Positions 11,102 to 21,156 of a DNA stretch of 64,000 bases are shown one piece after another; position 1 is the first letter of the stretch; each line of letters starts with the position of its first letter. The stretch covers positions 13,784 to 77,783 of the forward strand of contig JAJEAC010000066.1 in assembly GCA_022824315.1 (NCBI GenBank). Direction: 5' to 3'. The stretch comes from Silicimonas sp. (GTDB taxonomy: Bacteria; Pseudomonadota; Alphaproteobacteria; Rhodobacterales; Rhodobacteraceae). The position numbers and the translations under genes were made by a program. The notes beneath the pieces are model-generated. The model had not been told where the DNA came from. It searched no databases and saw only the letters and a program-made list of their open reading frames with translations.

Positions 11102-11539
11102 CAGCAGTCTCCACGACATCGCAAACCGCCGCATGAATTGGAGACTCGCCCTGCCAGGACGGGAGGGCATTCAACGGCGGTCTCGTCGGGTGCGGAATGA
11201 CTGTTCATGGCGACTTCGAGTCCCGTTCGGGTTCGCTCCTACGTAAAGGACTTCGCGGGCCGGCGAAATCTCCATCTTCGGCCAGGCGCCGCAAAAGCAC
11301 TGCCCACGTCCGAATGGCAAGGTTCCCGCCCATCTCGGCGCTCGGCCTTGGATCGTCAACTCATGCCCGAATCTCTCCGGCGAACAACCCGACCGTGCCA
11401 TCGCCGCTGATCACCCCATTGAACCCAAGGCGACACGACCGTCATGGCGCGGAGAAAGCAATCTCGACCTGACAGTTCACCCAAGTCAATCTCGATTGCC
11501 GATCCGGGATGCGCCTGCCACGCGCCTATCGTCGCCCTC

Positions 11540-11663
11540 GCAAATCAACATGGTCCGGCTAAATGTGCCGGGTCGCCTGCCAAATGAGTCCAGCACAGCA
11601 ATGGGTCGCTCCCGGCGCAAGGACGAACAGGCGGGATCTCATGCATTCGCCATGTTGATTTGC
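11540..11663. repeat. perfect 14-bp inverted repeat (GCAAATCAACATGG / CCATGTTGATTTGC) with a 96-bp spacer
   Basis: Left arm 11540..11553, right arm 11650..11663, verified base by base. Lies in otherwise non-coding DNA 49 nt upstream of the lipoprotein ATG (11712). Confidence 0.9.
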
Positions 11664-11711
11664 ACGGCCCGGCACCAGCCGCGGTCGCAATCCATGATCG
11701 AAGAGCAATCA

Positions 11712-12544
11712 ATGCGTACAGTTTTGATGATCGCTTTTGCCGTCATGCTGGCGTCCTGCGGCGGTGGCGGGGACAGCACAGGTGCCGGCAGAAGCAATGG
11801 CACCCCAAGCGGGAACGATGATGCAATGGGTGACATGCAGTTGGACATGACCTCGGACGATATCGCAGCCGCCCTCGCGAATATCCAGAACCGTGCAGAC
11901 TCCCGGCTCGGGAGTGACCTCGTGTCGAGGGATGGAACCCGTCAGAACGCGGCAACGCTCGGAAATGACTGCAACTTCGCGGGCACGACTTACGTCGCCC
12001 CAATGATCCGCAATGGCGTCAATGTCGTTCAAGGCAGAAGCGAACATGAAGTGGACGGCGTGTGCTGTCAGTCGACGCGCCTGCTCGGAGGGTGAATGGA
12101 GCACGGCTTCTTCTTCGGCCGGAACGCCGTGATCCTGCGCGACGGCCAACCGACCGGGAGCGGATTTGCCCGGGTCTTCGCCTTCGGTGATGCGACGGGC
12201 TCGACCCCGACCGGACTGGAACCGCGACGTGGAGCGGAGCGATGGTCGCCGGGCACTTGCAGGAGATCACCGCGTATCGGGGAGATGCCGCCATCACCGC
12301 CGATATTGGCGATGGAATTGTGGACGTCGCATTCACCAACATGCACGCGGTGAGCACCGGGGTGCCGGTCGACAGCATCATGTTCGACGACGTGCCATTC
12401 AACGCGACCGGGTTTTCGTCCGGAACGACGTCCGGAAATTGGATCGCTGGCGACTTCTATGGTCCGGACCATGCGGAAGCCGGCGGCGTCTTTGAGCACG
12501 GAACAACGATGGGTGCGTTCGGCGCACGGCGCGAAGAACAGTAA
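11712..12544 (+). pseudogene. disrupted TbpB-like (transferrin-binding-protein-like beta-barrel) surface lipoprotein
   Basis: Lipoprotein signal MRTVLMIAFAVMLASC. In-frame TGA at 12093..12095 (LLGG*MEHGFFFG). Reading frame shifts from phase 0 to phase 2 near 12205..12215 (GDATGSTP | RTGTATWSGAMVAG). C-terminal signature GDFYGPDHAEAGGVFEHGTTMGAFGARR matches the TbpB/fHbp-type barrel ending. Confidence 0.75.
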
Positions 12545-12944
12545 CCGACAGCGGGCGCAGCGCGCCTGCCCCTGCAAGCGGGGTGTCCTCCAAAGTCCCG
12601 GAATCACCGGGTGGAGGCCTCCGGGGGCGCTTCGAGCCAAGATTGCCTCAGCGGGGTCGGAGCCCTCCGCATCTCTGGCGCCGCGCCGTGCCGGACTTCG
12701 TCCGGACAAGCAACTCGGCGTTCACCGCAGCACCGTGCACGCACATCGGATGGCGTGGATGCACTGTTCACCATTTTCACGACGCCCGCCCTGGCGGCTC
12801 GCCTGAGACGATCCATGGTTGAATCTGCCGAACGCTCCAGGAAATGGCTGTCGCGTCACGACTTCCGTGACCTTCTTGGCACGCCAACCATGTTTCAACT
12901 GCTCGGCCAATGGTCTAGACTTCGTGCGAATTGCGATGGACCTC

Positions 12945-14072
12945 ATGCTCAGTCGATTTGACAGATACCTGCTTGCCCAGTTGCTGATGCTCTTCGGCTT
13001 CTTCGCCCTTGTGCTCGTGCTGATCTACTGGATCAACCGGGCCGTCGTGCTCTTCGATCAGCTCATTGCGAACGGCGAGTCAGCCGTCGTCTTCCTGGAG
13101 TTCACGGCTCTTTCGCTTCCCAACGTGGTTCGGCTCGTCCTGCCGGTCGCCGCCTTTGCAGCCTCGCTCTATGTCACGAACAGGCTGATGTCGGAAAGCG
13201 AACTCGTGGTTGTCCAGGCAACCGGGCTCTCCCCGGCACGATTGATCCGACCGGTCTTGGTCTTCGGATGCATCGTGTTTGTCATGTCGTCAGCTCTCGC
13301 CCACGTCCTGGTGCCGACAAGCCAGGCCCGCCTCAGCGAACGGAGCGCCGAGATTGCCGAAAACATGACCGCCCGGCTTCTGCGCGAGGGGCAATTCCTG
13401 CACCCGGCCGCCGGAATCACCTTCTATATTCGCCAAATCTCCAGTATCGGAGCGCTTCAGGACGTCTTCCTGTCCGACGTGCGCAACCCTGACCGCCCGG
13501 TCGCGTATTCGGCGCGCGAAGCCCTTCTGATCCGCGGCGAGCGTGCGCCCAGCCTTGTCATGATCGACGGCATGGCGCAAAGCTATGGTGTCGGAAGCAA
13601 ACGGCTTTCGGTCACCCGCTTCGACGATTTCACCTTTGACCTCTCAGACCTGGTCGAAATCAGAGCCCTTACGCAGCGCAGTCCGCGAGAACTCCCCACA
13701 CCCGCGCTGCTCGACGCCGGCGAGGACGTCCAGGCCCTGACGGGAGCGACCCATTCGACCCTTGTCGCAGAGGCACATGAACGATTCAGCGATGCATTGA
13801 ACGGGCTGGTTGCACCGCTCCTTGGATTTGCCGCGCTGATGGTGGGCGGGTTTTCCCGATTTGGCGTCTGGCGACAAAGCATCGGGACAGTCATCGGGTT
13901 GATCCTGGTTCAGCTGATAACGCAATTGGGCCAAGGAGCTGTACGGACCGACGCGGACAACTGGCCCCTTGCCTATACCGGCCCCCTAGTCGGGTTGCTC
14001 GCCGTCTCCGGACTTCTGTACATTGCCGCGCGGCCAGGGCTTCTGGCGCGCACGAGGCAGGCTGCACAATGA
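12945..14072 (+). CDS. lptF: LPS export ABC transporter permease LptF
   Basis: MLSRFDRYLLAQLLMLFGFF... is a typical LptF/G N-terminus. 6 TM helices with a periplasmic insert. ATGA overlap with lptG. Start is 12945 (or 12936). Confidence 0.9.
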   Translation: MLSRFDRYLLAQLLMLFGFFALVLVLIYWINRAVVLFDQLIANGESAVVFLEFTALSLPNVVRLVLPVAAFAASLYVTNRLMSESELVVVQATGLSPARLIRPVLVFGCIVFVMSSALAHVLVPTSQARLSERSAEIAENMTARLLREGQFLHPAAGITFYIRQISSIGALQDVFLSDVRNPDRPVAYSAREALLIRGERAPSLVMIDGMAQSYGVGSKRLSVTRFDDFTFDLSDLVEIRALTQRSPRELPTPALLDAGEDVQALTGATHSTLVAEAHERFSDALNGLVAPLLGFAALMVGGFSRFGVWRQSIGTVIGLILVQLITQLGQGAVRTDADNWPLAYTGPLVGLLAVSGLLYIAARPGLLARTRQAAQ

Positions 14073-15169
14073 CGCTCCACCTCTATTTTGCACGCAAGTT
14101 CCTGAAGAACTTCCTTTATGTCTTCTTCATCCTCTTTGCGATTCTGACGCTTACCGCCCTCGTCGAACAGATTCGGCGGTTCGGCGGCTTCGACGATGCC
14201 GGCTTCGGCACGCTGCTCGTTCTCGCGTTCCTGAGCGTGCCCGAAGGCCTCTACAAGATACTCCCGCTCATCATGATCCTGGCGACGGTCAGCATGGTTC
14301 TCGGACTTGCCCGGTCTTCCGAACTCGTGGTCGCCCGCGCCGCCGGGCGACCGGCACTTGAGAGCCTGATGGCACCAGTCCTGCTGGCATTCCTTATCGG
14401 CGTATTCGCCGTAGCTGCGATGAACCCGATTGTGGCGGCGACTCAAAGACAGCACGAAGCTCAAGTGGCCCGTCTGTCCGGCGCCTCGTCAACTCTCTCG
14501 GTCACGGCAGACGGCTTCTGGCTGCGCCAGGGCACGCGCGAGGGACAGACGGTCATTCGCGCGGGCAGTTCGAATCTCGACGGCACAAGCCTCTTCGACG
14601 TCACCTTTCTCGGCTATGCGCCCGACAGCAAACCAACATACCGCATCGAGGCGGAGCGCGCCCTTCTCGTCCCCGGTGCGTGGCGGATTTCCGGCGCGAA
14701 AGAGTGGCGATTTGATACCGGAGCGCCCATCCCGGAAGTCGAAAGCGTTGAGATGCAGGAGATGGTGCTCGCATCGAATCTCACACGTGATCAGATTCTC
14801 GACAGCTTCGGCACGCCAAGCGCCATTCCGATCTGGGAATTGCCCGCCTTCATCGACCGGCTGAATGCGGCTGGCTTCTCGGCCCGAAGTCATCGGACGT
14901 TCTTCCACATGGAACTTGCGTTGCCTCTGCTTCTGACCGCAATGGTACTCGTCGGCGCCGGCTTCACGATGCGCCACACGCGAATGGGCCGCACGGGGCT
15001 CATGGTCATGATGGCGCTCGGCTTCGGGTTCCTGTTTTACTTCATCAGGAACTTTGTCGCCGTCCTCGGCGAAAACGGCCAGATCCCGATCATCATGGCC
15101 GCATGGCTGCCACCGATTGCGATACTGCTGCTGCCGCTTGCACTGCTCCTGCATCTGGAGGACGGATGA
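14069..15169 (+). CDS. lptG: LPS export ABC transporter permease LptG
   Basis: MTLHLYFARKFLKNFLYVFFILFAIL... YjgP/YjgQ-family architecture. 4-nt overlaps with both lptF and lptD. Confidence 0.9.
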   Translation: MTLHLYFARKFLKNFLYVFFILFAILTLTALVEQIRRFGGFDDAGFGTLLVLAFLSVPEGLYKILPLIMILATVSMVLGLARSSELVVARAAGRPALESLMAPVLLAFLIGVFAVAAMNPIVAATQRQHEAQVARLSGASSTLSVTADGFWLRQGTREGQTVIRAGSSNLDGTSLFDVTFLGYAPDSKPTYRIEAERALLVPGAWRISGAKEWRFDTGAPIPEVESVEMQEMVLASNLTRDQILDSFGTPSAIPIWELPAFIDRLNAAGFSARSHRTFFHMELALPLLLTAMVLVGAGFTMRHTRMGRTGLMVMMALGFGFLFYFIRNFVAVLGENGQIPIIMAAWLPPIAILLLPLALLLHLEDG

Positions 15170-17283
15170 CGAGGCATCTCTCAGCATGCCTTGTCGCAAT
15201 TTTCCTGTGTTTCGGCGCGAGCGACCCGCAGGCGCAGGAATTCGCCTCGCTCATTGCAGACTCGATTTCCATTGATCCGGCGGGACGCCTGACCGCCAAG
15301 GGAAATGTCGAGATTCTCGTTCAGGGCACACGCCTCACGGCGTCCTCCGTCACCTATGAAAGCGATCGCGATCAGTTGACATTGTCCGGCCCGATCCGAG
15401 TCACGGACGAAAACGGCACCGTCTTCCTGGCCGATCATGCCGATCTCGACCGGCGCCTGCGTGACGGGGTGCTGTTATCCGCGAGGATGGTGCTTGAGCG
15501 GCAATTCCAGATCGCCGCCGATCGCATTGCCCGCACAAGCAATCGCTACACGCGCCTCGACAGGGTTGTCGCCTCATCTTGCGAAGTTTGCGTGGCCAAC
15601 CCCGTGCCGCTCTGGGAGATCCGTTCCTCAGGCGTCGTGCACGATGATGTCGAACACCAGCTCTACTTCACGAATGCCCGGCTCCGCTTCTCCGGAGTGC
15701 CGATCCTCTACGTGCCGCGACTTCGGCTTCCCGATCCCAGCCTTGACCGTGCCGACGGTTTCCTCATTCCGCAGCTGAAAGCCACGTCTGATCTCGGAAC
15801 CGGTGTCAAGCTTCCTTACTTCCTTGCGCTCGGGAACCACCGCGACATCACCCTTACCCCCTACCTCTCCGGTTCGACAACGACCCTCGAGTTTCGATAT
15901 CGCGAGGCACTGGACCGCGGGCGCATCGAGGCAGCCGGTGCAGTCTCCAGCGACGACATAGACGGGTCACGCAATTATCTCCTTGGCAACGCCAGCCATC
16001 TCCTGCCGCGCGGATTCCTGTTCGAGGCGCAGGCGGAGTTCGCGTCAGATCCGGGCTATCTCTTCACTTATGACTATGCCGACCGGGACAGATTGACCAA
16101 CCAGCTGTCAATCACGCGAGTGCGGAACAAGGATCTCTTTCGATCCGAAATCACGGAGTACCGGACGCTCCGGGACGCCGAAATCGAAACCCGCGACACG
16201 CTCCCAGCCCGCTTCCTTGACATCTACTACGACCGTGAATTGCCGGAGCTTTCGTTTGGTGGACGCACGTTTGCCAGCATCTCTTCCAGTTCGCTCATCC
16301 GACCGTCGTCGGAAAGCACGGATGAGGGTGTGGGCCGGGACGTCAGCCGCATCGGTGCATCCGTCGACTGGTCCCGTACGCAGGCATTCTCGTTCGGTCT
16401 CGTCGCGAAGGCCGAGCTCGGACTTCGCGGAGACGCCTACACGGTCGCGCAGGACAGAAGACTCGACAACCAACTCTCGCGCCTGACATCCCGAACCGCA
16501 CTCGAGTTGCGGTTCCCGATGGGCCGCAGGACGTTCGGCGGGCGCCGCGAGTTCCTCGAACCGATCTTGAGGATCGACGCCTCCGGCACAAATGGGGATG
16601 CCGTGCCCAACGAAGACAGCAGAGTGGTCGAAATCGATGAAGCCAACCTCTTTGCCCCCACCCGATATCCCGGCGTCGACAGAAGAGACGACGGCGTCCG
16701 CGTAGCCGTCGGCGGCTCCTGGAGTCACGAAAATCCCGAACGCTGGGACATCGACCTTGCCTTGGGCCGCGTCTTCAACGTCTCTGGCGGCAGGGAAGCT
16801 GACGGATCCATAGACGATTCCGAGTGGCTGGTTTCGGGCCGGCTCGGTTTCGGCCGCGACCTCTCCATCGACTCGCGATCGCTTGTGGACAGCGGGCTGG
16901 ACATCATGCTGTCCGAAACACGCGTTGACTGGACCGCAAGCCGCCACACGCTTTCATCCAGCTATTTCCACGCGGAGCCTGATGCTGCCAAGGGCCGGGA
17001 CAACCGCCTTTCGGAATGGTCCTTCGCAGGAGCCTACGATGTCAGCGACGGCTGGTCCGCGCGCGCCGATTGGCGGTATGATTTCGCCGCCGACCGCGTG
17101 GCGCGTACCGAACTGGGTTTTGACTATCGAACGGAGTGCTTGCACCTGGCGCTTTCGCTCTCGCGTCGCTCGGCCAATTCGACTAGTGTCGATTCAACAA
17201 CCGAAATAGGCTTTCATGTTTCTCTTCTGGGAATCGGAAGCCGGGATGATGATCGCGCAGGTCGGCGGATTTGCAGAGGATAA
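15166..17283 (+). CDS. lptD: LPS-assembly outer-membrane protein LptD
   Basis: Signal peptide MTRHLSACLVAIFLCFGASDPQAQE, an OstA-like N-domain (GNVEILVQGTRLTASSVTYESDRDQLTLSGPIRVTD) and a long beta-barrel region. Synteny with surA-pdxA-rsmA. Confidence 0.9.
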   Translation: MTRHLSACLVAIFLCFGASDPQAQEFASLIADSISIDPAGRLTAKGNVEILVQGTRLTASSVTYESDRDQLTLSGPIRVTDENGTVFLADHADLDRRLRDGVLLSARMVLERQFQIAADRIARTSNRYTRLDRVVASSCEVCVANPVPLWEIRSSGVVHDDVEHQLYFTNARLRFSGVPILYVPRLRLPDPSLDRADGFLIPQLKATSDLGTGVKLPYFLALGNHRDITLTPYLSGSTTTLEFRYREALDRGRIEAAGAVSSDDIDGSRNYLLGNASHLLPRGFLFEAQAEFASDPGYLFTYDYADRDRLTNQLSITRVRNKDLFRSEITEYRTLRDAEIETRDTLPARFLDIYYDRELPELSFGGRTFASISSSSLIRPSSESTDEGVGRDVSRIGASVDWSRTQAFSFGLVAKAELGLRGDAYTVAQDRRLDNQLSRLTSRTALELRFPMGRRTFGGRREFLEPILRIDASGTNGDAVPNEDSRVVEIDEANLFAPTRYPGVDRRDDGVRVAVGGSWSHENPERWDIDLALGRVFNVSGGREADGSIDDSEWLVSGRLGFGRDLSIDSRSLVDSGLDIMLSETRVDWTASRHTLSSSYFHAEPDAAKGRDNRLSEWSFAGAYDVSDGWSARADWRYDFAADRVARTELGFDYRTECLHLALSLSRRSANSTSVDSTTEIGFHVSLLGIGSRDDDRAGRRICRG

Positions 17284-17291
17284 GAACCTTG

Positions 17292-18497
17292 ATGGGACGT
17301 TGGTTGCTTGCAGCGATTGTCGCGCTTTCTGCGCAATTTCCGGTTTCGGCCGAGGCACAGGGGCGCTTCTCGCCGGAACTTCAGGTGGGCGACCAGGTCA
17401 TCACGCGCTACCAGATTGACCAGCGCGAGCGGTTTCTTGCGCTTCTTGGCGCAAGCGGCGATGTGCGCCGGCGTGCAAGAGAGCAACTGATAAACGAAAC
17501 CGTTCAGCGAATCGCGGCGCAGGGTGCCGGTATAAGCGTCGCTCCTGATGAGGTTGATGCGGGCATGGAGGAATTCGCTGCACGCGGCAACCTCCAGGTC
17601 GAGGAGGTCATGGCCATCCTTGAGGAATCCGGCATTGAACGAGAGTCATTCCGTGCGTTCATAGAGGCTGGCGTTGCATGGCGCGAGCTTGTCCGAAATC
17701 AATTCGGGCCGACCGTCCGCGCTTCGATTCCCGATCACCAGATTCGGCGCACTCTTGCAACGACCGGAACAGAGGGTGGAGTAAGGGTTCTGGTATCAGA
17801 GATCATTCTCCCCGCAAGAGATCCGAACACGGCCGCTGCATCACGCGGCCGCGCCGTTCGAATCGCAGCGCTTCAGGACGAAGACGAATTCGCCGCGGCG
17901 GCCCGACGATACTCCATTGCCGCGTCGGCGGATCGGGGCGGCGAAATCGGCTGGGAAGCGCTGGATTCGCTGCCGGAAGGCATCAGGGACACCGTGGCCG
18001 GGCTCGACGTGGGCGAGACCAGCAGCCCGCTGGAATATGAAGGCAATATCGCGATTTTCTTGCTTCGAGACATTGAACGCGTCCAGGAGGGCACCCACGA
18101 AACCCTGCTCATCGACTATGCGCTTCTCCGTCCCGAAGGTGGCGCTCCCGAAGTTGCGGAAATTGCGAGAGAGGTGGACGATTGCGGTGACCTCTACGGC
18201 ATTGCCCGCAGCCTGCCCGAGGATCGGCTCATCCGCGAGGTCGTTCCGTCTGCGGAACTGCCCGCTGACGTGCGCACGGCTGTCGCGGTTCTTGACGTCA
18301 ACGAGAGCTCGACCGAACTGATGCGCGACGGCCACGCAGTCCTGCTGATGCTCTGCGAGCGCCGCCCGGCCTTGAAGAGCAACATCGATTTCGACATCGT
18401 CGGCGGGCGACTTCTGAACCTGCGGCTCAGCAACACTGCGGCCCATTACCTGGCAGAGCTCCGTGCATCGACCAACGTGATCGACCTTACGAATTGA
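17292..18497 (+). CDS. surA: SurA-like periplasmic chaperone / peptidylprolyl isomerase
   Basis: Signal peptide MGRWLLAAIVALSAQFPVSAEA and a SurA N-terminal-like domain. Conserved position between lptD and pdxA. Confidence 0.8.
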   Translation: MGRWLLAAIVALSAQFPVSAEAQGRFSPELQVGDQVITRYQIDQRERFLALLGASGDVRRRAREQLINETVQRIAAQGAGISVAPDEVDAGMEEFAARGNLQVEEVMAILEESGIERESFRAFIEAGVAWRELVRNQFGPTVRASIPDHQIRRTLATTGTEGGVRVLVSEIILPARDPNTAAASRGRAVRIAALQDEDEFAAAARRYSIAASADRGGEIGWEALDSLPEGIRDTVAGLDVGETSSPLEYEGNIAIFLLRDIERVQEGTHETLLIDYALLRPEGGAPEVAEIAREVDDCGDLYGIARSLPEDRLIREVVPSAELPADVRTAVAVLDVNESSTELMRDGHAVLLMLCERRPALKSNIDFDIVGGRLLNLRLSNTAAHYLAELRASTNVIDLTN

Positions 18498-18500
18498 CGC

Positions 18501-19499
18501 ATGACCGGACCTGACCTGCCTCCCGTCGCGGTCACGTGCGGCGACCCGTCCGGCATCGGCCCCGAAATCATCGTGGCGGCATGGGAGACCCTGCGGGACG
18601 AAGTGCCGTTCTTCATGATCGGTGATCCGAGAAACGTGCCCGTTGGCACCAGGATCGTCGCCATCGACACTCCTGCCGATGCTCGCTCCGCCATGGCAGG
18701 CGGACTGCCGGTGCTGCCGCTTGCATTCCCGAAACCGGCCAAGCCAGGTCTTCCCGACCCAGAAAACGCATGCGGAGTCGTCGAGGCCATCCAAAGGGCC
18801 GTTGAACTTGCTGGCGAGGGCGCGGCATCCGCTCTCTGCACCGCGCCTGTCTCAAAACGGGAACTCGTGTCTCACGCCGGTTTCGCCTTTCCCGGACAGA
18901 CCGAGTTTCTTGCCCATCGTGCCGGGGGCGGGCATCCCGTCATGATGCTAGCCAGCGAAGAATTGAAAGTCGTGCCCGTCACGACGCATATTCCGGTGTC
19001 GGAAGTTCCCCGAGCGCTGACCGCCGACCGTCTCGAAATGACGATCCGGGTCACTGACCGCGCCCTGCGCGATGACTTCGGCATTCCGGAACCGCGGCGG
19101 ATTGCCGTTGCGGGGCTTAACCCGCATGCAGGCGAGAACGGTGTCCTGGGAGGCGAGGACGCGATCATCATTGCGCCGGTATGCGACCGCCTTCGCGACG
19201 AAGGAATGTCGATTGCGGGACCGCTTTCCGCCGATACGATGTTCCATGCGCAGGCTCGCATGGGTTACGATGCCGCAATCGCGATGTATCACGACCAGGC
19301 ACTGATACCGATCAAGACGCTCGCCTTCGACAGTGGCGTCAACGTGACCCTCGGGCTACCCTTCGTGCGCACGTCACCAGATCACGGCACCGCCTTCGAC
19401 ATAGCGGGTCGCGGCGAAGCCAATCCTGCTTCGATGATCGCGGCCCTTCGGCTTGCCCGGGGAATCGCTTCGGCACGCCTCGCGAACACGCGCAAGTGA
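18501..19499 (+). CDS. pdxA: 4-hydroxythreonine-4-phosphate dehydrogenase
   Basis: [15 protein letters not shown]..., [29 protein letters not shown] and [14 protein letters not shown] motifs. Confidence 0.95.
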   Translation: MTGPDLPPVAVTCGDPSGIGPEIIVAAWETLRDEVPFFMIGDPRNVPVGTRIVAIDTPADARSAMAGGLPVLPLAFPKPAKPGLPDPENACGVVEAIQRAVELAGEGAASALCTAPVSKRELVSHAGFAFPGQTEFLAHRAGGGHPVMMLASEELKVVPVTTHIPVSEVPRALTADRLEMTIRVTDRALRDDFGIPEPRRIAVAGLNPHAGENGVLGGEDAIIIAPVCDRLRDEGMSIAGPLSADTMFHAQARMGYDAAIAMYHDQALIPIKTLAFDSGVNVTLGLPFVRTSPDHGTAFDIAGRGEANPASMIAALRLARGIASARLANTRK

Positions 19500-20338
19500 A
19501 CACGCTTGAGTCTCTCCCTCCGCTTCGCGACGTCATAGCGACGCACGGGCTCGCGGCGCGGAAGTCCTTGGGCCAGAATTTTCTCCTGGACCTGAACCTG
19601 ACTGCAAAGATTGCGCGGACGGCAGGTGTCTTGTCAGATGCCGACGTACTTGAGATTGGCCCCGGTCCGGGAGGTCTGACACGGAGCCTTCTCGCCGAAG
19701 GTGCTCGCCGGGTCGTGGCGGTCGAAAGGGATCGGCGCTGCATGCCTGCCCTGGCGGAAATTGCCCAGGCCTGCCCCGGGCGGCTAGAAGTCATATACGC
19801 CGATGCATTGCAGTTTGACCCCCGCGAGCATCTGTCACCCCCCGTCAAGGTGACAGCGAACCTGCCATACAATGTCGGCACCCACCTGCTGACGCGCTGG
19901 CTGTCGCCTCCAGAATGGCCACCCTTCTGGCAAAGCCTCACGCTCATGTTCCAGCGCGAGGTGGCGGAGCGAATCGTGGCCGCGCCAGGCAGCAAGTCCT
20001 ACGGCCGTCTTTCGATCCTGAGCGGGTGGCGAAGCCAGGCACGACTCGTCATGGACATTCCAGCCCGGGCGTTCACCCCGCAACCCAAGGTCAATTCGGC
20101 GGTGGTTCACATCGAGGCATTGCCCGCACCGCGCTTCCCCGCCGAGGCAAAGGCACTGGAGAAGGTAGTTGCCTCTGCCTTCCGCCATCGAAGAAAGATG
20201 TTGCGCTCAAGCCTGAAGAGTCTTGCACCCGACATCGAGGACAAGCTTAACATGGCGGACATCAAGCCGACCGATCGGCCTGAAACAGTGGACGTCGAGC
20301 GCTTCTGTGCGCTGTCCGAGCTCCTCGACAAGGGCTGA
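19496..20338 (+). CDS. rsmA: 16S rRNA (adenine1518/1519-N6)-dimethyltransferase
   Basis: GTG 19496 overlaps the pdxA stop (GTGA). [21 protein letters not shown] and NLPYNVGT motifs. The track ORF from 19181 is an out-of-context 5' extension. Confidence 0.93.
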   Translation: MNTLESLPPLRDVIATHGLAARKSLGQNFLLDLNLTAKIARTAGVLSDADVLEIGPGPGGLTRSLLAEGARRVVAVERDRRCMPALAEIAQACPGRLEVIYADALQFDPREHLSPPVKVTANLPYNVGTHLLTRWLSPPEWPPFWQSLTLMFQREVAERIVAAPGSKSYGRLSILSGWRSQARLVMDIPARAFTPQPKVNSAVVHIEALPAPRFPAEAKALEKVVASAFRHRRKMLRSSLKSLAPDIEDKLNMADIKPTDRPETVDVERFCALSELLDKG

Positions 20339-20387
20339 CTGCGCTGCCGTATTACCAAACGGGCGGCGAGCTGCCGGTCGCGAAAGG

Positions 20388-20930
20388 CTATTCCGCCGCG
20401 TCGGATGCCGCCAAGGCTGGCTCATCCAAAGGCGTCGGATTGCGCGGTGGACGCGGCTTACGGGGCGGAACAACGCTTTCTTCGGGTGTTTCGACCAGTT
20501 CGCTGTCCCCCGGTGCAACACCCATGACATCGCTTGTGACAGCGGCTGCGGCAATCTCGGGCGTGGCAGCGGTGCCAGAACCTCTGTCGGCGGCAGCGGC
20601 CTCGTCTCCCTTTTCCTCGGCGCGACTTGCGCCTTGATGTTGTGCGCCTCGGCGCTCCTGTTGCTGCGCCTGGCGTTCCGCCTGCTCGCGTTGCGCCTCC
20701 GCCAGCATGCGCAGGTAGTGTTCGGCATGCTGCTGGAAGTTCTCGGCCGCAACGCGGTCATTCGACAACTGGGCGTCTCGCGCCATCAGATTGTACTTGT
20801 CTATAATCTGCTGCGGCGTTCCCCGCACCTTGCCCTCCGGGCCCGAAGAGTCGAAGACCCGGTTGACGACATTGCCCATCGAACGGTTGCGGTTCGACTT
20901 TGACCGCGATCGTGATTTGGAAGTTCTCAT
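20388..20930 (-). CDS. DUF4167 domain-containing protein
   Basis: Basic N-terminus MRTSKSRSRSKSNRNR, then SSGPEGKVRGTPQQIIDKYNLMARDAQLSNDRVAAENFQQHAEHYLRML, and a Gln/Ala/Pro-rich tail. ATG 20930 confirmed in the sequence. Confidence 0.85.
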   Translation of the reverse strand: MRTSKSRSRSKSNRNRSMGNVVNRVFDSSGPEGKVRGTPQQIIDKYNLMARDAQLSNDRVAAENFQQHAEHYLRMLAEAQREQAERQAQQQERRGAQHQGASRAEEKGDEAAAADRGSGTAATPEIAAAAVTSDVMGVAPGDSELVETPEESVVPPRKPRPPRNPTPLDEPALAASDAAE

Positions 20931-21156
20931 GTTTAAGGTTGTCCAGCTTCTTGTCTGGTCATGCTTGGAAGTTCCAAAGGTCCGCCCGCTCCTCGGGCGC
21001 CGTTCCTTGCATGGATTTCGCAGAATCAACAGGGGAGACACGGGCGCTCCCGCCGTCTGCAAACCCTTATCTATCCAGTGATGATGCGGTTGCCAAGTGG
21101 TTTTTTCGCAAATTCCATGAAATCTTCCGACGGCGCGTACCGTATCCCGCACCAGA

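Noticed and set aside
12093-12095. In-frame TGA in the lipoprotein gene as selenocysteine or programmed read-through
   Set aside because: No convincing SECIS-like hairpin lies immediately downstream, and no selenocysteine machinery is visible in the window. The gene also carries a separate frameshift, so a nonsense mutation (TGG to TGA) is the simpler explanation.
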